This document shows, piece by piece, positions 50,601 to 62,606 of a stretch of 64,000 bases of DNA. Both the position numbers and the translations under genes were made by a program. The notes beneath the pieces were generated by a model that had not been told where the DNA came from, searched no databases, and worked only from the letters and a program-made list of their open reading frames with translations. Origin of the DNA: Perkinsus chesapeaki ATCC PRA-425 (Eukaryota > Protista > Perkinsozoa); NCBI GenBank assembly GCA_013115145.1, contig JAAPAO010000066.1, forward strand, positions 31,354 through 95,353, in the 5' to 3' direction. Numbering within the stretch: the stretch's first letter is position 1; each line of letters starts with the position of its first letter.

Positions 50601-53600
50601 GAAACCAGGCATGTCCCAAACTGGGACTCCCAGTCAGCCAGCCCGTCAATATTTCCGCCAACAGCCTCAACACGACGTTTGACACAAACTTAGTAACTGC
50701 AACTAGCGCGCGCCCTAAAAACCATCTACACGCATGCGCAGCCGCTATACAAATACAAGTTGTGTTACACAACATACTATATATGGTATACTATATACAG
50801 CAACATATTATATCTGTATACAATAATATATTGAAGTGTACGAAGCTGCCAAGTAAAGGCGAGGAAGATAGTCAGCCTTTGTTAAAGGCAGCAGCCCACA
50901 CCTACCCTCGATCGGTCGATCTATTATCTTTTCTACTTGGTATTTTCTTTTCCGTCGTTCCATCAACACCTACAACAATAATGGTGATTTAACACGAAAG
51001 TATCCAAAGTAAACCAATACTAGCTACACGGTGCCCCCAGCGTAAATATTCCGCAGTCCTCTACAGGGCAGAATTTACACACCACTGAGTCAGTGACACT
51101 GACCTATATAGCTAATTTTCACAACGCTCAATCATTGACTTAATGGACCATTATCTGAGACTCGCAGCCTGAGGCAGCCCCTGTACAGATCTTGCAAGGT
51201 CAGCTAGATATGGAACACATTGTATAACGAACGTAATTCAATTCCAGTTTCAACTGGCCACAGCACTCACCTTGTCAAAATTAGGATTATGCGACTCTAC
51301 ATGAGTCGACCGCTCCCGTGCTGTCGGTTTGCGTTTTCGGAGCACCTAACACCCCCACATGCATTTCACCATCAACACCAGCCTACCTGTATCTCTCCCT
51401 TTGACATGTCCTGCGCCTCAGATGCATAAGCAGCGGAACGCGGAGATGAAGCTGCCGTTGTTGCCGAAGATCTTCGACCTGTACAAACAGTTGTTGATGT
51501 CAGTTATAAGATATAAAGTTGATATCCCATATACATTCGAATACACCAAAAACGCCTTGAAGACTCTTCCTTAGGGAGAGTAATCCGCTCACCGAGTTCA
51601 CACGCGACCAGAAAAAAACTAGATTTCACACTTCAAGAACTCTTCACAACCAGACAGCGATGCAACTCTGAAGACGCCACCTCACCTACCCATCCGTTTC
51701 CTTCTAGATTGGTCCTCGGCATCTCCCAAGCATCCTCCGACCACCTCACTATCCGACACGAAATCACCGTATCTTAAAAACCGCAGTCGATAAAATACAG
51801 CACCGTGAATGTGTACTTGGTTTGGATATCATACAGATCCTCGACACTCGGCCACACCGATCTTGACATTTTCAAATGCCAAATGCTTTGACATAATTGG
51901 AGCTCACCGAGTCGAGACAGAGAATCTCCCCCACAGTCGACTCGCGCAACTAAAAAAAGTAATACCCGGTAAAGCTTGCGCCACAATAACGACCATCGAA
52001 CGTGGCGTCTTATATCTACAGTTCAAATAGGTATTTCTAAAGGCTTTCGCAAAGCGTGACGCTTTCAGCAACACTTAGGAACGAAATCGCACCCGAACGA
52101 TTCGCGAATCTTTGCTCACTGAGAAGATTCCTTAATGGCTTCCTCAACTTAACGACAAATAATCTCATTGATAGATCGGAATAGATGCGGTCGGTCCACT
52201 GACACTGTGGATGATACCTGAGTATCCAAGCTCCAAGGCCGCAAGATACGTTCAAGCTCAAGCCTCCACTTACAATGCACGCCCATGCTTCTGTATGCTG
52301 GTCTCCGTCGATACGAATCTGTATAGCTCAGCAACTACTCTTCGAGGACCCTCGAAACACCATATACGCTGCCGCTTATCCATGACCTATCCGCAAACCC
52401 GAGTTCGAACCCCAGCGGCGGTACTTCTAAACCCACCAGCCAGCTTGTCAAAATCTTCTTCTTCTGTTCCTCAGTTACTTCTACTAATCTTGACAGCGTC
52501 CCGCCCATCACATTCTTATTATAGTCGTTCACAAATTTGACCAGGCCCCTGAACACCACAGCAATCTACAGCCTGCCAAATAATAATATAATATTTCTAA
52601 ATTTCAATCTTTTTCTACGAAAACTCAGTGCTGCGTGACGGAACTTCGTGGGTATAGACTATCGGACATCGAGGATTATATTTCAAATCGATCCACCGTT
52701 TCACGTACGTCTGCTGGGAGTCTCCCAGAAGAATCAAGAAATCATGATCCTCTAGTGTGTGTGAGTTTATAGTCCAACGCCAAAAATGTCTCAGTTAGAC
52801 CATCCATTCGATGTGCCACTGCTGCCGGAAGAGTTTGATACCTATACTGTTTTATCACTGTATGGGCCATCCAGAAGAATCTAACTGGTGTCAAGGGATC
52901 CGACCCCTCCCAGCAGAGTTCACTTACGCCTTTAGCATCAGCGATCAAATGCAAGCTGTACCACACATCGTTGTCATCGGTCGACAGTATAATATCAGTC
53001 TGCAGCTTAATACAGTTTTAAGATGGCTGATAGCCTAGTAAAGTACCTCTACGCTACAGCAACCATTAGAAGTAGCTGTTCTCTATAACAATTTTTCACG
53101 AGCATGCGAATCACATCTCTCATGCCCCCCCAGTGGCCACCCACCTTGCCCCATCCCTTGATGCTTTATATCCGAATATCAAACCTGATGAGACAGATAG
53201 CAGATCAGCCTACTAAATCACGCAAACTCACATAGTCGTCCGATGTCTCCCTCGTCCACAACTTCACTAACGTTCTCCCCCTCCTCTTTTGAACATGCTC
53301 CCCTAACTTCCCTTATCGGCCCAGCCATCCGTATGATATATTGAACAGTTGTATCTATCAAAAGCCTCAACAACTTCAACAGTTAACAACTATTTGCAAC
53401 CTACCAAGCTCAAGCCATGGGATTAAGGGCAGCCTCTTCGGTTTATCACTCAACTTTATCGGCTCCACCGATAGAATTTCCGGACACTTCAGATGGCCAT
53501 TAGCAGCACCTACGAGAAGGAAGCTTCTTATGAAGCGGCCCGAATTGAACCAAATAATAAAAATTAACAAAAGATAATAAAATCGCTAATTTTTCCCCGA

Positions 53601-56600
53601 TTTCCAATTCGGCTTGATTCCCTATTTACCCGCCATAACGATTAAGTGCCCAGCTATGATATGATCAAGCATACGATATACGTGCTAATCGTATGAAATA
53701 TTTCTACGGCGGCGGGCCCTAAACTCCCAAGTCTTACCTGCGCTGTCGTCACCGGGAGATAACTTCCTTCCGGCGTTCTTCGGTGGTACTATGTTCACGA
53801 CACCACAGGTTTCAACTGAAAAAGAAACACATAATATTATCACCCAATCATAAGCACGCAAATCGATCAAGTGATCGATTCTTTCACCAGAAGGATCTTG
53901 ACAACCGCATCACAAATGTTCAAAGGTAGTGTTCCAACTAGCAAGTAGCGAGCCTCTATAGTATTCAATTTACGGTATTGCGTTGATCTTTTTCACCAAC
54001 TACCAGTCTCCCAAGAATCTTAGCATCTTTCCTCGACTTCACAAGCTCCCCCCCACTGACCTTTATCTAGCCTCAATAGATCAAGTGCTGACAGGAGCGC
54101 CATGCCTAACACAGAGTCCATCATGAACCAACAAGTAATATGCAATGTTATAATTCTTCTTGTCTGGGAAAGATACGCCACGATGAGGTCTAACTGTCCC
54201 TTTACAAATACGTGGCGCATGACGAACATCAAATATGTGAGGATGCGTAGATATAGGAAGTATCCAGTTCCCTATCCGCCCTGAATGCGAAATGCACGCT
54301 TCAACCTACCAACAATGATATCCTTTCTTCCATCAGATTTAATTATCTCTACCCTCGGAGCGCTAGATGCTTCCCTACAGGCTTCCCAGAAATGACGGGT
54401 GGAATATATTCCAGGGAAGAATCTAAAAGAGAGACCATCTACATAATACTCATACCAACACTAGCAGTTCGGCCACCGCGGAATTTCCCGGCGCCACGTC
54501 CGCTATATCCCTTTCTCTATCCCCACACAATCATTCATAAATCACAGGTCTGAGACGTAGAAGGATCGATTGGGTAACGAGCCCTCCTCCGGTAGATGGA
54601 GCCTTATAGATGTCGACCCCTCCCCGTATAACTCAGGTTGCCGCAAATATAGTTATGTCCACACCGAACCATGTCTGCGTGCAGTGCGAAGCTGTTCTAC
54701 TGTATCCAGTTCTATCGCCGGGGGGTTGCCGCGTCAAAAATGAACTATGAGGAGGAGCAGCAAGATACGACTGGCTTACCCTATCTCAATCGGATACAAC
54801 CAATGGTCCGTCGATGCAGTCGGTGTAAACCCCCAAAAGGATATCCTTGCACGCATGCTCTCCTGAGCAAGTGGATGATACTTAAGATACGTCTACATGA
54901 AGTAACCTCATCCGGAAGATTCTTCATAGGTCCAACTTTGACAACCATCGGATGGAGTGCTTCCAATAATTCCGCAGAGAGAACATTTGCTGTTTCGCCG
55001 ACAACTTGGACAGTAGCATTAATTGACGTGTGCCGGGATCGAACCTTCGCGGGTTTACCGACCAACAATGGCGCCAGATATAGCGGGACTGACATCAACA
55101 TCACTCTCCAGTTACAATACAAAAAATCAGCTAAATTCGGCCAAAATTTTGCAAAATTCTCCCGTGGGCTTTCCAGAGCTTATTGAATGCGCCCTCAGAC
55201 CCACCTCGCTCCGACGCCTCCTCAGCTTCATTCTCCTCACCTTCAAAACTACGACTTTCTGAAATTACAGAAAAATGCCTCTCCCAAGAATCGAACCTTC
55301 GCCTTCACCTTTGACGTTCATCCACATAACCGCGCTCGCAATACTCCTGGCAACATCAAAGTTGACCTCAATCGGAAACTCTTTCTCCCAACGCCTTCTA
55401 TCGCCTACCACAAAAAGTTCATCGCATCAACAATAACAACGTTGCTATGAAAGGTCGGACGATTGATATGAGGTGACGCACATTCGCTCTCTTCTTCACT
55501 TTAACATTTTCATCACATTATCACACACAGCGGGCCCTCCTCAATAACTGTTATACTGAACATTGCATCCTTAATGTTTCCCAGTATTAATAACTAATAT
55601 AGATTAAGCAACGAGAGTCCCATGGATGCTCATCCGTAAACTCAATGAAACTATCTTGAGACATAAGTCCCGTCTCGAAACAGTTCAATTGAAAATAAAA
55701 CAAATGTCGAAAATAATGAAATGTGTTGAGAATAATGTCACATAAAACAACGCTAGAACACCGTCGGCCACCCTCCTCAGTTTTGCCACTAACTTCCCCG
55801 CCAGAGCGCTACCGACTACTCCAATGCCCCGAGATCTAACCAACCCTCACCGCCAGTATATCAAGGCGACCACACTTAAGGACACCGCTACAAATCCTCA
55901 TCAAGCAANNNNNNNNNNNNNNNNNNNNNNNNNNNNNNNNNNNNNNNNNNNNNNNNNNNNNNNNNNNNNNNNNNNNNNNNNNNNNNNNNNNNNNNNNNNN
56001 NNNNNNNACAACAAGCAACAACAAGCAACAACAAGCAACAACAAGCAACAACAAGCAACAACAAGCAACAACAAGCAACAACAAGCAACAAGAAGCAACA
56101 ACAATCAACAACAATCAACAACAATCAACAACAACACATTATTATTATTATCACCTTCTGCATTCTCCTCCCACTCAGCCATAGCTTCTCCACACTCAAC
56201 CGTCGTGCCCGCCACCGCAGAGTCATCCACAGTAAAAGACGGCCAATCCAAAGTGACATTAACTTTGCGGATTTCGTTATCTCCACCTAAGAATACCTTC
56301 CAGACGCCCATCTCATCCTGCCCATACCTTCATTTGCCTTATTAGGAATACTCAGTCGTACCAATAGCATTGATGGTTCTGAAATAATGGTAAAGTAATA
56401 GACAAATCAAGTAGCGCCGATGAGGTGATAATTCTGGAAAGAGGACATGTCATGTCTCGCCAACAACTAGGATTACGAATTTTGACATGTGCCGGGATCG
56501 AACTTGCGCATTACGACTTTATCATCGACTTTATGCGAGGACGGCAAGTGCTTTCACACAAAGGCCACTCACAAGCGTAGCGAAACATGACGAAAGAATT

Positions 56601-57100
56601 GTTTCCAGGAGTGAGGAGTGTCATTTACGATCCCCTCTGGAATCAATCACACTACTGAATTACATTTCATAAATATCCCAACCACCGCTGAGGGATTCTA
56701 ATAAGGTCATTTGAGTATTTGGAACGATACTAAATCGCCTCAGCTCACAACAAACTTAAGCAGTTCGAAAGAATACAGGGTACAGCAAAAGGACAATAGA
56801 AGTGCACTTTGGCATTATGTAGTCTAAAAACCGTCATACATACGGTTTTCATACCGCTCCTTCCTCTACTACTTCCAGGCATCGCCTTCAATACAGCATC
56901 AGTAATCAACTCTCCTGAGCTCCCTATCTTCCTTCTAGGAACATCTGCTCCATTCCGCGCAGGGTCGAATCCCAGCGACGGTACTTCATTTTCAGCACTC
57001 TTCTTTGCAGGCATTATAATACATAGTCAACTTAGACTGCCTAAACACCCAATTACCCATCCGCCCCCTCTTCAATCTTCGTAATATTTCGCCCAATGCC
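47690..57100 (-). CDS. One or more hypothetical multi-exon genes; boundaries unresolved
   Basis: Runs of phase-consistent exons, e.g. GAEQKRLRDE|FSDGVYTFG...|NEGRASLKERL, ESNERDYY...PYN|VQSGCF, ILTSWL|VMDKRQR; no domain recognised. Confidence 0.4.
47806..47830 (+). other. tRNA 3'-end/B-box relic, antisense in 45-nt intron 47802-47846
   Basis: GCAGG TTCGAAT CCCAC CTCTGGT A TTT. Confidence 0.7.
48264..48288 (+). other. tRNA 3'-end/B-box relic, antisense in intron 48231-48296
   Basis: GCAAG TTCGATC CTCGC CTGCGAC A; 8 nt from the donor. Confidence 0.65.
50202..50225 (+). other. B-box relic, antisense in 49-nt intron 50177-50225
   Basis: CCAGG TTCGATC CGCGC AGCCTAC; ends at the donor. Confidence 0.5.
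50391..50463 (+). tRNA. trnK: tRNA-Lys(TTT)
   Basis: 73-nt cloverleaf followed by TTTT; U29.C41 mismatch; antisense inside intron 50347-50473. Confidence 0.9.
52399..52423 (+). other. tRNA 3'-end/B-box relic, antisense in 50-nt intron 52387-52436
   Basis: CCGAG TTCGAAC CCCAG CGGCGGT A CTTC. Confidence 0.65.
55024..55048 (-). other. tRNA 3'-end/B-box relic, sense in putative intron 55005-55058
   Basis: GAAGG TTCGATC CCGGC ACACGTC A; the 54-nt intron is in frame and stop-free, so the intron call is less certain. Confidence 0.6.
55276..55300 (-). other. tRNA 3'-end/B-box relic, sense in 50-nt intron 55259-55308
   Basis: GAAGG TTCGATT CTTGG GAGAGGC A TTTTT. Confidence 0.65.
55902..56134. repeat. 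10-bp microsatellite-like array (ACAAGCAACA)n beside an N gap
   Basis: Direct reading; decays into ACAATCAACA. Confidence 0.9.
56483..56507 (-). other. tRNA 3'-end/B-box relic, sense in 48-nt intron 56467-56514
   Basis: GCAAG TTCGATC CCGGC ACATGTC A. Confidence 0.6.
56959..56983 (+). other. tRNA 3'-end/B-box relic, antisense in putative intron 56945-56998
   Basis: GCAGG GTCGAAT CCCAG CGACGGT A CTTC; in-frame, stop-free 54-nt intron. Confidence 0.55.
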
Positions 57101-58087
57101 CTCCTTCTACGACGAACCTTGCAAACCCGTCATCATTATCCACAGCTGTTCATTATGCGCCCAACTCAGTCACCCAGGATCGGCCACAGCCGAGGTGACC
57201 AGAACCATAATGTAGGTACTTCTACTACAAAGCACGACATACACATACGCTGTATTTGCCACCCGATTATCCTTATTAGTAATATGTAAATGTAATAGAT
57301 CTAGTATTATTTAATATATAAATCTAATTATAATTTAATATACAATATATTACTATTACCAGCTCAACGATATGGTCAAGACTGGCTGCTCGTGGCCACT
57401 TCCTCCTCGTCGTGTCACAGGTACTATTCAACCACTCACCACGTATCTTCTAGCCCCATGTATCTTATATGGTAATTGCCCCTCTAGTATTGTGTAACTA
57501 GTTTGTTCATAACAACGACAGTCACCTCAACCCCCCACCGATCATTCTAGTAATGTCCAAATTATTGTCACAAGATCTGTCCCGTCCTAGCGGAAGTGCT
57601 TTCGTCGTCCACACTACCCTTTCCAATTGAAAAAATAAACACCATCGCATCGGTAAATTGTTGCTTCATGTTGACATGATTATTCATCCCTCAACCGAAC
57701 TAGCTTTGTTAGTTGGAGGGCCGCCGCATACTTCAGTTTCATCCCCCTCGGAGCCGTCCGATCTGACACACACGAACATAGCCATCCGAAGCTCCCGCAC
57801 ATTCGGTCTATCAGAAACATTCTGAATCGCTGACCAAGCCTGATGAGAAATAACCTATTTAACAATTAATAACTAATTTGATAATTAACTTATTTAACGT
57901 TAACGTTTATTTTTTTGGTACTTATACAACTACAGCTACCGAAGGTAATCTACAAGTACTTCCCCTTGCACCGCCGCTTACCGAAAAATAGTGTTCCCTT
58001 CAAAAAGGTAAAGAAGCTTACGAGATCCTCTTCCGTGATACACAAAATTTTGCCCAAAATTACACCGAACGTTTCCGTAGGAAATAC

Positions 58088-60474
58088 TTACTCTTCTAAA
58101 GCACTCACAAGAATGCCAATCGTCCTCCTCGACACCAACGCATCTTTATTATTATTCATCACCGATCGACAAACACGATCATATCTCCTCCGAGTCTTCG
58201 GGTACATTGGCAGCACGTTGATAAGCTCCGATCGCTTAAGACTAATGGTTTCGCTAAACTTTATGCACCTCGCCGAACCATCTCGAACATCCTCCTTGAA
58301 CAAGGCCAACTCACCAAAGTGCCCACCATGGTCGATATACTCATCTCGATCTGGTTCACCTACGCCCCAATATATGGGCAAATTAAAACACACATTTGCA
58401 TTTCATTTTCGAACCAAAAAAGTATTTTAATAAATTCAACCTGTTAAGTACTCCTTGCGCTTGGAGGCCTTCACCGTACTGGGAAATATGTCGTCAGGAT
58501 GAACCCTTACAGCGTCTTACGCGTGCTTTAGATTGTTGCCAAACGTAGGGTTATAAAATAAAAAGATAAGCAATGGTAACTATATAGCTAAGTAGTGTGC
58601 ACATTGTAAAGAGTATATTTGAGCGTTCTGTTACGATCGTGTTAGCGTTGATCTGTAACATTTCCCATATTCCCTCACAAGCTGCTCTCAAGTGCCACTT
58701 TCCCGATCTTAAACAATTCAACTAAGTCAACTTGCCAACCTCTAATCACCTCGACAAGCATGTACAATAATTCAGGCGCCGCCAAATGAACTACTTTACC
58801 ATACTTCTCAATTCCCATCTCACCTGAATACATTAATTTAACCTTACCGCTCACCAAAAAGTACATTCCATAAGCCAACTGACCCTCCTCGAAGATAATA
58901 TCTCCCGGTGCGTGCGTGGCAACTTCGAGGCCTTTCTCACAGAGCCTTCGGAGCATCGCCGATGGTATGTTGCACAAGAAAGGCGTTGATCGGATGCCCT
59001 CTCCGATCAACTCCAACATGACCTCCCCCCTCAGATGTTTGCTCATCATACTCAGAATCCCCTCTTCCTTCGTTTTCTTTTCCGCCGCCATACCTCGACC
59101 GTTTGCCCAGAGGAATCGAAGATAGCGGTTTACTTTGGACTGCAATTCAGCTGGCACCTGCCTCTCCGTCAGAAATCTTTTAACTGCTTTATTTTTTGCT
59201 CGAAACATTTCCGACTCCGAGTCCAACGCTCGCACCAGCCCTCCTATATTACCAATGAAAAAGGCAAAGACCCCACATGCCAGCAGCATTGTTAACATAC
59301 CAAAAAGTTGCTCCTCCGAATTCACCGGATGAATCTCGCCATAACCAACCGTAGTCATCGTTGCGAACGACCAATAAAGAGCAGCGATATAGATTTCACT
59401 GAGAGACGATTGACGATATCCGAAATTGTCGAGCCACGTATCCTGCCGAGGTGGAGCGGAGATGGCCATGACATACCAAAGGCAGGCGATCCAATGAGCG
59501 ATGAAGAGGACTACTAAAACCAGACGAGCGAGTTGCAGTAATATCGATAATGCAGAGGAACTTATCGTATCTTCAACCTGAGCATTGTATAGCACTATAT
59601 AAGTGAATATATTATATATATCAACCAATAGACACACCCTGTATCTTCAGTGTTCATCATTTTAATAATACTATTATATATATCTTATATTTCTAAGCAT
59701 TTGTCATCTACGGCGGGTTATGTAAAGACCCCCCCTCCCACTGAGATTTCGAAAGGACATGGCAACTGAAATGACTCCAACAATGGAAAGGTTGTTTTCC
59801 TGTACACCGGTGATTGCTCCGGCCATTGCTCATTTCTCAGTTTTGGGAATGTCCCAGTAAAAATTAAAACAGATTGCTCAAGCTGCTTACACATACTAAT
59901 TTGATTTATTAGCCCCATGAACAGGGCCTTACCTAGAACTGCTTTGTACATATATTAAACTAAAGGCAGCATTGATTATCCACCATTTAACGCGCCAGTC
60001 ACATTGGTCGGCGTATTGGCCTACGGATCTTCCGCCCCAGTATTACCTTCGCCAACAACTTCTTTAACTTCAACACTCTTAATAATCGCAGAACTTTTAA
60101 CAGTCGAACAAACTTGAAGAACCTCAGAAGCTGAACACCTTCTAGATCTGATTCAGGTGCAATCCAGTCGTATGGAAATGAGGCCACGAAGTCCAACAGG
60201 AAAAAGTGACGCAAATAATGTCTGCTGACCATGGCCAAGCGATGCTCCTAAAATTTAGATATTTTGCAGGTTGATAGGAGTGCACTTCTACCATGACGCC
60301 CGAGTCGTAATAAGCAGTAAGGAAATTAATGGAGACGTCGAGGATGAAGAATACTGCGATGAAGGTCTCCCATACCAGCCAACCTCCTTTGGGCTTTTGC
60401 TCGAAGCTCAGACGATAGGGGATGACAATACACTGAAAACAGAAATCAAGTCGAAAGATTTGCAATTTCAGCAA
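58088..60474 (-). CDS. Voltage-gated, cyclic-nucleotide-binding K+ channel (EAG/KCNH/CNG superfamily); termini not located
   Basis: S2-S3 (DVSINFLTAY, DFVASFPYD), S4 (VRLLKVLRLLRVLKL), pore ALYWSFATMTTVGYG, C-linker and CNBD (GDIIFEEG, FGELAL). Confidence 0.92.
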
Positions 60475-61731
60475 TTATATAAATGATCGTTCAATCGTGG
60501 AAACTAGGCACGACTCACTCGGTACTTACATGAAATTTACAATACGTGCTACAGAAAGAACACGAATAGGTATGACGCATTGATGATGATTGTGTTAACA
60601 GTTGTCTACTATTTCCCAATAAAGGGATGTTCTATCCTATGCCATTATTAATGAGATACCTTGCCCCTTAACGCACAAGCGTACCACTTCATAGGGTTCA
60701 GAAGGCTACAAGCTAAACACGGGCGAAGGGCATATGCTTTTATATGTCTTAGTATGCACTAGACATTACCTCGTACAATATTAATATCATACCAAGTAGA
60801 TCCCAAGTAATACGTCCAACACTTTCGGGTGATATAATATACCATGGTTTCTCAGAACCAGGTTGACCGTGCTCAATGCGTCCTAGAAAGATATGTCTAA
60901 TATCCAAAGGATTGAGTAAGTACTTGATTTCTGGCTATCAATGTAAAGTGAGCTGCTCCTGAAAGTGGACATTCTAGTCCAGGCCCGAGAAATCCTCCTC
61001 ATAGGCAAGAAAAAATCGACTAGTTAAACTGGGAAAGCCGCAGAGTTGCCGCTTTAATATCGAAGGATCGTTTTAGTACAATAGAGTAATAAATCGACTA
61101 TTAGGTAGAGTAAGATTCTCTATTTATATCTAAAACACCCGCAACACCGAAGTGTTCCCAGCGGCGCAATGGCGAGCGAAACCTGGTGCCCCGAAACCGG
61201 AACTTCCCATTCAGTTGAGTCACGCGATAGGAAGGTCCACTTTAGAGACGCAACCGATGCCACAATGGCTATTTCAGTGAATGAGACGGAACGACAGTGC
61301 ATCGGTCCTACTGAGAGCTTGGCACAAATGAACATGTTTTGTATGAATCCAAAGTGAATACCAGTGGAAGTTCGCCTATACCGATAACGAGGTAAGACTC
61401 ACCACCGGGCAAAGGCCTCCAGAGCGACCGGACTACTACCACGTAAAAATACAGACAAATTAAGCAACAAAGCGCTAAGGCACAGTACTTCTACGTGAGT
61501 CTGCGTGCAGATGTACGCATACACAAGTCACGCATTTCACTTCGTTATTCGATATACCGCAGCGGGCGTGGGCCACGCGTTCGGAGTCTCGAAACTCGAG
61601 AGTCCTTTCCGTATGTCGGCCTCGTTGGTAGCGGATGGTAGAACGGTTTCGAGTGCTCCTCTGAAGTGCATGGTAGGATCCGAATGGTACTAATACAGTA
61701 TAAGCTCGAGCGACTTCAACTTTCGTAAGAT

Positions 61732-61803
61732 TGGACGTGCCGAGGATTGAACTCGGGGCCTTCTGCATGCAAAGCAGACGTGATACCACTACACCACACG
61801 CCC
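61732..61803 (-). tRNA. trnA: tRNA-Ala(TGC)
   Basis: 72-nt cloverleaf; acceptor, anticodon and T stems fully paired; G3.U70 alanine identity pair; A73. Confidence 0.95.
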
Positions 61804-62606
61804 TTGCTAAGGTAACAGTAAATTACCCTAATACGTATGCTAGCCTGGAGACAATCGATATTCAAGGATGACTCACACCTAACTGAATGCTCTCGCCTAG
61901 AGGAGAGTGAATGATGAAAGAACAGGAAGAACAACAGCCAATTAATTACATATACACTTGGCACGGACAAATTGGTAGTCCAACTCGGAAACGCTTTCTA
62001 CGAAGCAACGCCGGCTCGAAGGCTACAAGCCACGGATGAGCGTAGGACTACGACTCTTGGCGGTGCTAATGGAGCGCTACAGTTAATCCGATGAGCTTCG
62101 TAACGGAGCTCGGCGTGAGAAAATGCGCAAACTCTACTGCAACTCGTGGACAGTAAATATGGTATACACATGAGAGGATCTACAACCTATTTACCTTACC
62201 GAAACCATCAAGCCATGACCGAGTCACGCTGTCTCAATCTCAGAGAGCAGACCCATCAGTATTATGTTTCGTCCGCGACCGCGATTGTTCATTGGTGAGC
62301 CACCAATGGTGATGTGTCACGCATCTTCAATACTTTCAAGTGAAGCAGCGCACGAGCGTATTCCTTATCACTACGCAGAAAACAATCCTTGCAGCCTTTC
62401 AAGAAAGCCACCCTTGCATGATTTACCAATTATCTCGGAAGTGGAGATATTAATCGGAAATCAGAACTAATCGCACGCATGCGCTAGGACAACTCTCACG
62501 CAGGCGTGCAACAGGCCAATATGGAGCAGAGTGAGGTGGTCGCACTGATGCCTTTGACTTGCTTGCTGTGTGACATTCGAGTCTTTTAGATTATCAAATT
62601 GCTGGT

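Noticed and set aside
9138-56134. Tandem arrays as CRISPR
   Set aside because: Head-to-tail units without unique spacers, no cas genes, eukaryotic context
78-56998. Permuted or split tRNA genes as the explanation for the 3'-half modules
   Set aside because: No matching 5' halves seen downstream or nearby, and broken T-stems argue against mature tRNAs; trans-splicing from outside the window cannot be tested here
59325-59360. K+ filter TVGYGE rather than TVGYGD
   Set aside because: Conservative change after an intact GYG; not enough to claim altered selectivity
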